Shown here piece after piece: positions 34,924 through 42,979 of a stretch of 59,036 nt of DNA (position 1 is the first letter of the stretch; every line of letters begins with the position of its first letter). The stretch is from positions 1-59,036 of the forward strand of contig JAXDLK010000005.1 of NCBI GenBank assembly GCA_034666665.1, given 5' to 3'. The translations under genes and the position numbers were made by a program. The stretch comes from Candidatus Binatota bacterium (GTDB lineage: Bacteria; Desulfobacterota; Binatia; JACPRU01). The notes under the pieces were generated by a model. The model did not search any database, had not been told where the DNA came from, and saw only the letters and a list, made by a program, of their open reading frames with translations.

Positions 34924-37280
34924 CCGGGTGGCACCCCCGCACCGGCAGCCAAGAAGCGCGGTCGCAGTGCCACCAACAGCGCCGGCAGCAGGGTCACGCT
35001 CGCGAGGAAGCTCACCACCATCCAGATCGCCAGCAGGAACCCCATCTCGGCGTTGAAGCGGATCTCCGAAAACCCCCAGAAGAGGATGCCGGCCACCATG
35101 GTGATCGCGGTGAAGGTGACGGTCTTGCCCGCGGTGCGGAGCGCTTCGAGCACCGCCTTGTCGATCGAGCCCGCGCGGGCGAGCTCCTCCTGTGCCCGGC
35201 TGACGACGTAGAACGCGAAGTCGATGCCGAACCCGATGCCGACCGTGACGACGGGGAGCGTGTGCACGTTGATACCGATCCCCCGCGCCCCCATGTAGGC
35301 GTTCACCGTCGCGTTGGCGATCACCAGCGGCGCCACCATCAGGATCGCACCGACGATCGATCGGTAGGTGATCGCGACGATCAGCAGGATCGTGATGTAG
35401 CCGAGGGCGTTCAGCAGTACGTCGTTCTTGACGAGCTCCTCGTTCGCCGCGGCCAGGACGCCGATCAGTCCGCCGGCGAGACGGAACTGCGCCTTTTCGA
35501 GGGGATGCCCGGCGACGAACTCCTTCGCGTGGGCGATCGCTTGCCGGATGGTGTCGCCCCTGTGGTCCTTGCAGTAGAAGAAGACCGCCGTCTTGGTGAA
35601 GTCGGCGTCCATGAACCGGGCGGTCTCCTGGTACGACGTGCCCATGAAGTAGGCTCCGAAGAGCATGCTCACCATCCCCGGGCTGGTGGGGATCACCGCC
35701 CACTTCGGCTCGTACTCGTGGATCGCCATCGCCATCGTCACGATCACGTCGGCGAAGGAGAAGCTGGCGCCGACGCCCGGGTCCTTCTCCATGAAGCGCT
35801 GGAACTCGCTGATCGTCTTGACGTTCTGCGGTATGCGGACGGCACCGGGCGTGGACGCTTCGACGACGACGATCAGCGGCTCGACGCCGCCGAAGGTGTC
35901 CTGGATCCGCCGGTGTGCCTCGTTGTACTTCGACCCGTGCGGGAGAAGCGGAGTCACCGCCTCGGAGTCTCCGACTTTGACCTGCGTCCAGAGCACGACG
36001 CTCACCAGGAAGACCGCGGCCCAGGCGGCGAACACGACCGTGCGACCGGTCCGTGAGACGATCGCGGGTGCGATCGCATCGACGATCCGCTGGAAGATAC
36101 CGCGTGGCCGGGCTTCGACGATCTCGCGATCGGGCGGCGCGAGCAGCGAGTAGATCACCGGGTTCAGCAACAGCTCGCTGACGACGATCGCCGCGATCCA
36201 GAAGGACGCGCTGATCGCGAGCTTCTGCAAGAGCACGATCGGCACGAGCAGGATCGCGAGCACCCCGAGGGCGTCGGTGATGATCCCCGACAGCGTCGGC
36301 ACGAAGAGCGCGGCGAAGGAGCGGACGATCGCGTCCTCCTGGTTCCAGTTCGAATCGCGGTACTCCTCGTAATACCGGTCGTGCATCTGCGCCGAATGGC
36401 TGACGGCGCGGGCGGTGATGAAGAAGGGAATCACCAAGGTCAGCGGATCGAGCGTGAAGCCGATCAGCTTGATGAAACCGAGGCCCCAGATCGCCGCCAC
36501 CGTGCCGGAGAGCGTCGGTCGGAGCGCGCCCCGCCAGTCGCGGAAGTAGACGTAGAGGAGGATCCAGGCGACCGCCAGCGTCGCCGCCAGGATCCAGTAC
36601 GCCTGGGATGCGTAATAGTAGACCCAGCCGTACAGCTCGGGCTCGCCGGCGATCACGATGTCGTGCGTGTCGTCCTCGAACGCGCGCACGACCTTCGTGC
36701 GGATGTCGTTGAATAGCCGCCGGTGGTCGAGGCGGCCCTCGATGAAGCTCGCGCGGATCAACGCCGCGCGGTCGTCGAGCGACACCAGAACGCCGTAGAG
36801 GTTCTGCGACGTGTGCACGATCCGGCGGACGCGCCGTACGTCCTCGTCCGTCTTCGGTCCGCGGTCCATCACGGGCTGCATCTCCATGAGCCCGCCGGCG
36901 CCGATCCGCAGCGTGCGGTTCGTGCGGTGCGCGATGGATTCGATCTGGTAGTGGTTGACGCCGTAGATCGTGTCGAGGACCTGCGTCATGTTGAAGATCT
37001 TGTTCAGCGTCGGCAGGTCGAAGATCGTGCCGGACTTCGACTCGATCAGGATCAGGATCGTGTTCGCGCCGCCGAAGGTCTTCGCGTACTTCGTGTGAGT
37101 CTGCACGAACGGATGATCGGTCGGCAGGATCTCGTCGAAACGGCTCATCATCCGGAGCCCGGCGGTGTGGTACGCGAAGAAGGCCGTCACCGCGAGCACG
37201 GACACGAGGACCGTCGAGCGCCACCGGATCAGCCAACGGCCGAACCGGACGAGACGATCGCTTTCCGCAGGTGCGCTCAT
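34920..37280 (-). CDS. RND-superfamily transporter, COG1033/MMPL/HpnN-like (786 aa)
   Basis: Only the C-terminal 786 codons of the 1706-aa track ORF look real. ATG 37280 (MSAPAESDRLVRFGRWLIRW) overlaps the upstream stop (ATGA). It has two 6-TM bundles with two periplasmic loops. Confidence 0.88.
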   Translation of the reverse strand: MSAPAESDRLVRFGRWLIRWRSTVLVSVLAVTAFFAYHTAGLRMMSRFDEILPTDHPFVQTHTKYAKTFGGANTILILIESKSGTIFDLPTLNKIFNMTQVLDTIYGVNHYQIESIAHRTNRTLRIGAGGLMEMQPVMDRGPKTDEDVRRVRRIVHTSQNLYGVLVSLDDRAALIRASFIEGRLDHRRLFNDIRTKVVRAFEDDTHDIVIAGEPELYGWVYYYASQAYWILAATLAVAWILLYVYFRDWRGALRPTLSGTVAAIWGLGFIKLIGFTLDPLTLVIPFFITARAVSHSAQMHDRYYEEYRDSNWNQEDAIVRSFAALFVPTLSGIITDALGVLAILLVPIVLLQKLAISASFWIAAIVVSELLLNPVIYSLLAPPDREIVEARPRGIFQRIVDAIAPAIVSRTGRTVVFAAWAAVFLVSVVLWTQVKVGDSEAVTPLLPHGSKYNEAHRRIQDTFGGVEPLIVVVEASTPGAVRIPQNVKTISEFQRFMEKDPGVGASFSFADVIVTMAMAIHEYEPKWAVIPTSPGMVSMLFGAYFMGTSYQETARFMDADFTKTAVFFYCKDHRGDTIRQAIAHAKEFVAGHPLEKAQFRLAGGLIGVLAAANEELVKNDVLLNALGYITILLIVAITYRSIVGAILMVAPLVIANATVNAYMGARGIGINVHTLPVVTVGIGFGIDFAFYVVSRAQEELARAGSIDKAVLEALRTAGKTVTFTAITMVAGILFWGFSEIRFNAEMGFLLAIWMVVSFLASVTLLPALLVALRPRFLAAGAGVPPG

Positions 37281-40123
37281 CGTTCCTCCATCTCTCGCTC
37301 GATCCGCGAACGCGCTTCGGGAAGCGCAGGGTTCGCGGGGTCGAGCGCTTCGAGGCGCCGGACCGTCTCGATCGCTTCCCGGTACCGCTGCGCGCGCTCG
37401 TAGGCATACGCCAGGTTCGACAGATACGCGAAGTTGTCCGGTCGTTCGGTCGCGGCCCGTTCGAGGTACGGGATCGCGTCCGGGAATCGCTCGACCCGCA
37501 GCAACGCGGCCCCGAGCAGCTGGTTCAGGAAATGGTCCGTCGGCTGGATCTCCTGAGCATACGAAGCGAAGCGGATCGTCCGCTCCGGATCGGGTCCGCC
37601 GAGGAGGGTCCGGTAGTCGCTCCCGAGGAACCTCAGGAACCGGCCGCGGAGCTCGGTGAGCAACACGCCGACGTCCGCGTCCCGCGGGTTCAGCCGCCGC
37701 GCGCTTTCCAGGTCCTGAAGGGCCGCGAACGCGGAATCGACGGACGGATCGACGGCGCGGAGCTTGGCATCGAAGAGCTTCCGGCGCGCGGTGAAGACGG
37801 TCTCCGGCAGCCGGGTGGCCCGCGAAAGCGCGGCACCGTCCATGCCCTTCGCGAGGATCTCGAGGTCCATGCGGAAGGTGTTCGGCACCGCGATCCGGTT
37901 GAGCTCCGCGAACTCGACCGAAGCACGGTCGTCCGTCAGGAGCTCGGCACCGCCGCTCAGGCGATCGACGCCGCCGTCGGCGGCGACGACGTATCGGAGC
38001 ACGTCCTCGCCGCGCTCGACGCCCACCGACGCCAGGTCGGCGGCGACTTCCGGCCGCTGCCGCATGCGCGCATCGATCGCCGCGGGATCGACGTCGAGCG
38101 GGGTGAGCGAGCCGATCAGGACCGAGTAGCGCTCGACGAAGAGGACGAGCACGTGGGGAAATGCCGATCGGAACGTCTTCAGCGAGGCGACGAAGTCGGA
38201 CGCCACCATGTTGTGGAGCGGCAGCCACTGGGCGAAGATCCCGCCCGGCGCGAGCTTCGACGAAACGATCCCGTAATACTCCCGCGTGTAGAGCGGCCAG
38301 CTCTCGCCGGCCGCCGGATGCGTCGCGTCCGCCGTGATGACGTCGTAGCGCTCCGTGGTCATGCGCAGGTAGTTGCGGCCGTCGTCGTGGATCAGGCGCC
38401 AGTCCGAGCGCGCCGCCGCGTTGCCGTTCTCCTTGGCGAAGAGCGCCATGGCGTCGCGGACTTCCGGGACCAGCTCGACCGCTTCGACCGTGACGGGATG
38501 CCGCAGCACCGCACCGAGCGTGATGCCGCCGCCGAGCGCGTTCACCAGCACGCGCTGGGGGTGCGGGTGGAGGAGGAGCGGCGTATGGCCGAGCAGCTTG
38601 AAGAGCAGCAGGGCGTCGCGATGGTTCGGCACTTCCTCGATGCAGTTGATCAGGAGGTCGCGCCGATCCCCTACCTGGAAGACGGAGATCGTCCCGAAGG
38701 CGCCCTCGCGGTAATAGAGGAGATCCCCGCGGACGCCTTCGTGTCCGTCGTACCACCGCGTGAGCGTGAGCGGCTCGGCGACGACGAGCGCGATCACGGC
38801 GGCGCCCGCCAGTGGAGCGGCTCCGAGGACGAGCTCGCGGAAGTTCCGCCGGAGCACCACGAGCACGATGACCGCGGTGACGGCGGCGAGCAGGCCCATC
38901 GCGACGAGCGACCGCCCGATGCCGATTCCCGGAATCAGCCCGAAGCCTGCCGTGAGCGCGCCGGCGACGCTGCCGATCGAGTCCGCGGCGAAGACGGTGG
39001 AGACCGCGGGCGCCGCGTCCTCGTCCGCCTCGGATCGGAGTAAGTCGACGAGCAGCGGCAGCAGAAACGCACCCGCCGCCGCCGCGGGGCCGACCGGGAG
39101 GATCGCCACCAGCAGTCGCACGAGGAGGAGGTCGGCCGGCCCGTCGATGACGATGACGTCCGAGAGAGCGCGTGCGACGTCGTAGAGTCGGTTGAGGAGC
39201 GGGATCGACGCGGCGACGTACACGCAGAGGAAGATCTCCACCGCCACGAAGAGCCGAAGGCGGCCGCCGTGCGACACGATCCGTCGGGCGATCGATGCGT
39301 AGAGCCAGGCTCCCACGGCCGATCCGAGAAGCACCGAGGCGAGGATGAGGGAGAACGAGGTGGTGTTGTTCTCGACGACGCAGACGAGCGTGCGGTTCCA
39401 GACCACCTGCAGAGCCATGGTCTGGAAGCCGGCGAGGAACGCCGCGACGCCGAGCGCGAATGCGACCCGGCCGGCACGCGCGCGGGCGGGCACCGGCGAC
39501 GTCTCGATCGCCGGCTCCGCCCTCCCGCGTGATGCGAGGGCCAGTGCCCCGAGGGCCGCCGCGAGGTTCACCGCCACCGCGACGCCGGCACTGGTCGCCG
39601 CTCCGAACCAGCGGATCAGGTACCAGGCGGTCGCGAGCGTACCGACGACGCCGCCGGTGGTATTCGCGGCGAAGAGTCCGGCCGCGGCTTGTCCCGCCGT
39701 ACCCCCCGTCGAGAGAGCGCGCGCGACGACCGGGAGCGTGAGCCCCATGAGGATCGTCGGGGGGAGAAGAGCCGCGAATGCGAGCACCGCGCGCACGGCG
39801 ATCGATCCGCCGGAAGCGACGTACGCCGCGTCCACCGCCGCGTGAACGGCCGGGAACGCGAGGGCGTAGACGGCAACGGCCGCCTCGGCCGCGGCATACA
39901 CGCGGAGCGCCCGGAACCGGGCGAGGCGCGGAGAGCGCCCGAGCGCATAGCCGAGCGACAGTCCGGCCATGAACGCCGCGGTGACCACCGCCACGGAGTA
40001 CGTGGAGACGCCGAAGGACAGCCGGAGCGCTCGCTCCCACAGCACTTCGTAGGCGAGCGCGGAAAACCCGGACAGCAGGAAGAGAGCTTGTACCGCCGCG
40101 CGCTCGAGGCTCGGAGTGGGCAC
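37277..40123 (-). CDS. Membrane-fused spermidine-synthase-like (PABS fold) protein with C-terminal TPR repeats
   Basis: The N-terminus LFLLSGFSALAYEVLWERAL plus ~10 TM helices is typical of fused MFS/spermidine-synthase proteins. The Rossmann region reads VLVNALGGGITLG...YDVITADATHP. The C-terminal TPR region reads AYLSNLAYAYERAQRYREAI. Confidence 0.85.
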   Translation of the reverse strand: MPTPSLERAAVQALFLLSGFSALAYEVLWERALRLSFGVSTYSVAVVTAAFMAGLSLGYALGRSPRLARFRALRVYAAAEAAVAVYALAFPAVHAAVDAAYVASGGSIAVRAVLAFAALLPPTILMGLTLPVVARALSTGGTAGQAAAGLFAANTTGGVVGTLATAWYLIRWFGAATSAGVAVAVNLAAALGALALASRGRAEPAIETSPVPARARAGRVAFALGVAAFLAGFQTMALQVVWNRTLVCVVENNTTSFSLILASVLLGSAVGAWLYASIARRIVSHGGRLRLFVAVEIFLCVYVAASIPLLNRLYDVARALSDVIVIDGPADLLLVRLLVAILPVGPAAAAGAFLLPLLVDLLRSEADEDAAPAVSTVFAADSIGSVAGALTAGFGLIPGIGIGRSLVAMGLLAAVTAVIVLVVLRRNFRELVLGAAPLAGAAVIALVVAEPLTLTRWYDGHEGVRGDLLYYREGAFGTISVFQVGDRRDLLINCIEEVPNHRDALLLFKLLGHTPLLLHPHPQRVLVNALGGGITLGAVLRHPVTVEAVELVPEVRDAMALFAKENGNAAARSDWRLIHDDGRNYLRMTTERYDVITADATHPAAGESWPLYTREYYGIVSSKLAPGGIFAQWLPLHNMVASDFVASLKTFRSAFPHVLVLFVERYSVLIGSLTPLDVDPAAIDARMRQRPEVAADLASVGVERGEDVLRYVVAADGGVDRLSGGAELLTDDRASVEFAELNRIAVPNTFRMDLEILAKGMDGAALSRATRLPETVFTARRKLFDAKLRAVDPSVDSAFAALQDLESARRLNPRDADVGVLLTELRGRFLRFLGSDYRTLLGGPDPERTIRFASYAQEIQPTDHFLNQLLGAALLRVERFPDAIPYLERAATERPDNFAYLSNLAYAYERAQRYREAIETVRRLEALDPANPALPEARSRIEREMEER

Positions 40124-40139
40124 GGCAGCGTGGGCTCGA

Positions 40140-40934
40140 TCAGGAGGGGAACTCGAAGTCGAACTCGTCGCCTTCCCCCGTCTCCTCGTCCACGATGGTG
40201 ATCGTCATGCTGCGGTAGTCGCCGCCAGGATAGAAGACGAAACCTTTCGCCGCGTCGCCTTTGCGCAGCAGCGCCGGCGCGATCACCTTCGTGCCGATCT
40301 CCGGGTCGCCCGCGAGCTGGCTGCGTGCGCGGTCCGCGGCGATCGGGGCGGTGTTTCCGCTGCCGCCGGCGCCATGAGCCAACATCTTGGCGGGGTCGAT
40401 GCGGACGTGACGATCTCCGCCGTTGATGATCGTCACGCGCACCGCGGACAGCCCGGCCGAAGACGGATTCACGCTGAACTCCACCGTCGCCTCCGGCCCC
40501 TTGATGAGCTCGGCGTTCACCCGGAGCGCGGTCGGCGGCGGCCAGATCTTGTCGCCCTGCTGGGCGATCTGATGGAAGCTGAAGCGCAGCCCGTCGTCCG
40601 CCCACTTGCCACCGCCGGACGGAGTGACCGAGACGCCCCCGCCGGTGCACTGGACGTCGAGACGCGAAGACGTTGCCCCTTCCCGCGACGCGGTGCTGCC
40701 TTTTTCGCCGGCGACGAATCCACCCGTCGGTCCGCGCCCGGCGTCCGTCAGCTTGTAGCCGTTGGTCTTGAGCGCGCGGGCGGCGTACCGGAAGGCGTCG
40801 GTGCAGGCGATCGGATAAACCTCGTGCGCGATCGGGGCCTCGGAGGGTTGGAGCACGTCGGCGACGCATCCGGCGACGCATCCGAAGGCGCCGATGACGA
40901 GAGCGAGCAGACCGGTGATTTTCGTGCGTTGCAT
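40140..40934 (-). CDS. Hypothetical lipoprotein (264 aa)
   Basis: ATG 40934 gives MQRTKITGLLALVIGAFGCVAGC, which contains a lipobox. The stop lies 16 nt upstream of the PABS-like gene start. The acidic tail reads EETGEGDEFDFEFPS. Confidence 0.65.
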   Translation of the reverse strand: MQRTKITGLLALVIGAFGCVAGCVADVLQPSEAPIAHEVYPIACTDAFRYAARALKTNGYKLTDAGRGPTGGFVAGEKGSTASREGATSSRLDVQCTGGGVSVTPSGGGKWADDGLRFSFHQIAQQGDKIWPPPTALRVNAELIKGPEATVEFSVNPSSAGLSAVRVTIINGGDRHVRIDPAKMLAHGAGGSGNTAPIAADRARSQLAGDPEIGTKVIAPALLRKGDAAKGFVFYPGGDYRSMTITIVDEETGEGDEFDFEFPS

Positions 40935-41075
40935 CGCTCGGCGATCGCCGCGAAGGGCCCTCGCGCTTCTTAGGGACAAAACGCTGACCGGGCAAGCCGA
41001 AGCGTCACGAATGAACGGGTCCTCGGAGCCGTCGGCTGCGTTGACAGGTCGGAACGCCTCGGTTACAGCGACCAC

Positions 41076-41453
41076 ATGGCTAAGGAAGAAACGGCAGCGG
41101 GCCAACAGGAACTCCAGGAGGCGGTCTGGCAGTACACGGGATGGGGTGTGCTGCTCGCCCTCGTCCTCGCATCGGGCACGGTGATCGGGTACCTGCTGTG
41201 GGGCGATGCGCCGAACCTCCGCACGCAGCTTCAAGAGGCGAGTCAGAAGATTCAGGCGGTCCGGTCGGAGCGCGAGAACCTGAATTACGAGATCAGTCGT
41301 TTGAAGCGAGCCAACGAGAAGCTGCAACGAGACCTCGACGCCGCAAAGACGGCTTCGCCTCCTGCGGACGGAGGAGCCGCTGCCGCCACGGGTGGCGCGC
41401 CCGCGGCTGGTGGAGCGCCCGCGACGGGCGGAGCACCCGCCGCCGGTCACTAG
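41076..41453 (+). CDS. Bitopic membrane protein with a coiled coil and a Gly/Ala/Pro-rich tail
   Basis: The TM helix is WGVLLALVLASGTVIGYLLWG. A heptad-rich segment reads LRTQLQEASQKIQAVRSERENLNYEISRLKRANEKLQRDL. Three in-frame 18-nt repeats (41391-41444) encode GGAPAA-type hexapeptides. Confidence 0.6.
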   Translation: MAKEETAAGQQELQEAVWQYTGWGVLLALVLASGTVIGYLLWGDAPNLRTQLQEASQKIQAVRSERENLNYEISRLKRANEKLQRDLDAAKTASPPADGGAAAATGGAPAAGGAPATGGAPAAGH

Positions 41454-41673
41454 CCCGGAGACTCGACTGGCGTCGTTTGGTCGCGGAGTGATCTCCGGCC
41501 GGCTCGCGCCGTCGCTCCCGGGCGATGGTGTCGTGGCCTCCCGCCCGACGGAATCCCGCGATCCCCCGTCCGGTCCCCACTAGCGGCGGCGCTCGCAGAC
41601 GCTTACCCTTGTCAGTGCGCGGGGGGCGTCTCGCCGCACCCGTGCGTCCGCTCGCCTAGAATGGAAGGCCGAC

Positions 41674-42912
41674 ATGGGACAGAAACCCTTCGAAAGTAAT
41701 CGTTCCAGCCCCGAACGCAGCGCTGCCAACTGGTATCCCTGGCTTCGTCGCGGCCGCTTCCGCACCAGCGTCGCGTACCTGGTCTCGCTCGCCATCCACG
41801 CCGGAATCTTTCTTCTCCTGCTTGCCACCGTCGTGCTCGATGGTGGCGGCGGTCCAGGCGACAGTTACGGCGGTGAGGGCAAGCTGTTCTCGCTCCTCTC
41901 CGGCCATGGACGGCTCGACTATCAGACCGAGCGGATGGAGAAGTCCGACTCGCTCCACGAGGAGATCGCCAAGGCGGTTCAGCAGGTCGAGCCGTTGCCG
42001 GAGGTCACCAACGAAGAGGTCGTTCCGGAGATCGCCGAGGAGGGGGTGAAGCTCGCCGCCGTGGCCCCCCGGATCAACACCGTTCCGCAGGCCGCTTCGA
42101 GCATGCGCAACATGGCGCCGGCGTCGACCGGCGGCGGCATGGCGCTCGGACCGGGCGTGGGTGCCGGCGGCGGGCTCGGTGGAGGCATCGGCCGCGGATT
42201 CGGGCGCGGATTCGGCGACTTCGTCGGCCTCCTGCAGAAGTGGGGATTCGACGCGGTCTTCGTGATCGATGCGACGAACAGCATGGAGTTTGCGATCTCC
42301 GCCGTTCGCGGCCGCATCGCGGATCTGGTCGGTGACATCCAGCAGCTGGTGCCGAATGCCCGGGTCGGCCTCGTCGTCTACAAGGACAAGGGTGAGGACT
42401 TCGTCGTGCGGAAGTCCGACCTCTCGTTTCGATTGGAGAAGCTCCGCGCGTTCGTATCCAGCGTCGAGACCAGCGGCGGCGGCGACTACGAGGAGGGAGT
42501 GCTCGACGGTTTGCGCACGGCGGTTCAGGAGATCACGTGGCGGCAGTACGCTCATCGGGTGATCGTCCTGGTGCCGAGCTCGCCGCCGCGCCGTGACGAA
42601 ATGCCGGAGATCGAGAGCCTCGTCACCGGATTCCACTCGAAGGGCGGGATGCTCCACGTGATCGACCTCGCGGATCTGATGCACGTGAACTTCGAGCGCG
42701 AGTTCGAGAAGCGCATGTACGGAAAGGAACCGGAGAAGATCACGGCTCTGCCGGACTTCTATCGCGACATGCAGACGTTCTTCACCAGGCTGGCGGGCGA
42801 GGGCGGCGGCCAGATGATCGCGCTCCAGAGCAAGCAAGCGATCACGGAGCAGCTGCTGATCGCGGCCTTCGGACCTCGCTGGAAGGCCGAGGTCGCGAAG
42901 CTGTCCAAATGA
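41674..42912 (+). CDS. Membrane-anchored VWA domain protein with a TonB/TolA-like SxxxH anchor
   Basis: GGAAGG precedes the ATG. The N-terminal TM is YPWLRRGRFRTSVAYLVSLAIHAGIFLLLLATVV (compare E. coli TonB RRFPWPTLLSVCIHGAVV). The VWA core reads AVFVIDATNSM...VGLVVYKDKG...SGGGDYEEG. Confidence 0.8.
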   Translation: MGQKPFESNRSSPERSAANWYPWLRRGRFRTSVAYLVSLAIHAGIFLLLLATVVLDGGGGPGDSYGGEGKLFSLLSGHGRLDYQTERMEKSDSLHEEIAKAVQQVEPLPEVTNEEVVPEIAEEGVKLAAVAPRINTVPQAASSMRNMAPASTGGGMALGPGVGAGGGLGGGIGRGFGRGFGDFVGLLQKWGFDAVFVIDATNSMEFAISAVRGRIADLVGDIQQLVPNARVGLVVYKDKGEDFVVRKSDLSFRLEKLRAFVSSVETSGGGDYEEGVLDGLRTAVQEITWRQYAHRVIVLVPSSPPRRDEMPEIESLVTGFHSKGGMLHVIDLADLMHVNFEREFEKRMYGKEPEKITALPDFYRDMQTFFTRLAGEGGGQMIALQSKQAITEQLLIAAFGPRWKAEVAKLSK

Positions 42913-42979
42913 CCGCGAGGCTCTGCGAGTGAACGCCAAGCTCTGCAAATGAGCGCGAAGCTCTGCAAATGAAGCGGAT
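42900..42979 (+). repeat. Four tandem 20-bp units spanning the VWA stop and the TPR start
   Basis: The units are gctgtccaaatgaccgcgag, gctctgcgagtgaacgccaa, gctctgcaaatgagcgcgaa and gctctgcaaatgaagcggat. They generate three 7-codon mini-ORFs, each overlapping its neighbour by ATGA or GTGA: 42909-42932 MTARLCE, 42929-42952 VNAKLCK and 42949-42972 MSAKLCK. Confidence 0.9.

Noticed and set aside
37281-40040. N-terminal ~920 codons of the 1706-aa track ORF 34920..40040 (-), which would make a giant protein.
   Set aside because: The upstream part is Arg/Gly/Pro/Ala-rich with no motifs. It runs out of frame through the well-supported PABS-like gene. The RND protein has a convincing start at ATG 37280 that overlaps the PABS-like stop. 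This is a typical high-GC shadow ORF. The same reasoning applies to 34531..37407 (-), 33416..34942 (-) and 32199..34520 (-), where only the C-terminal portions are real.
41391-41444. Three tandem 18-nt units (GGTGGCGCGCCCGCGGCT-like) that could be mistaken for a short repeat array.
   Set aside because: They are in frame within the 41076..41453 CDS and encode GGAPAA, GGAPAT and GGAPAA. This is a low-complexity C-terminal tail, not a CRISPR array or an independent element.
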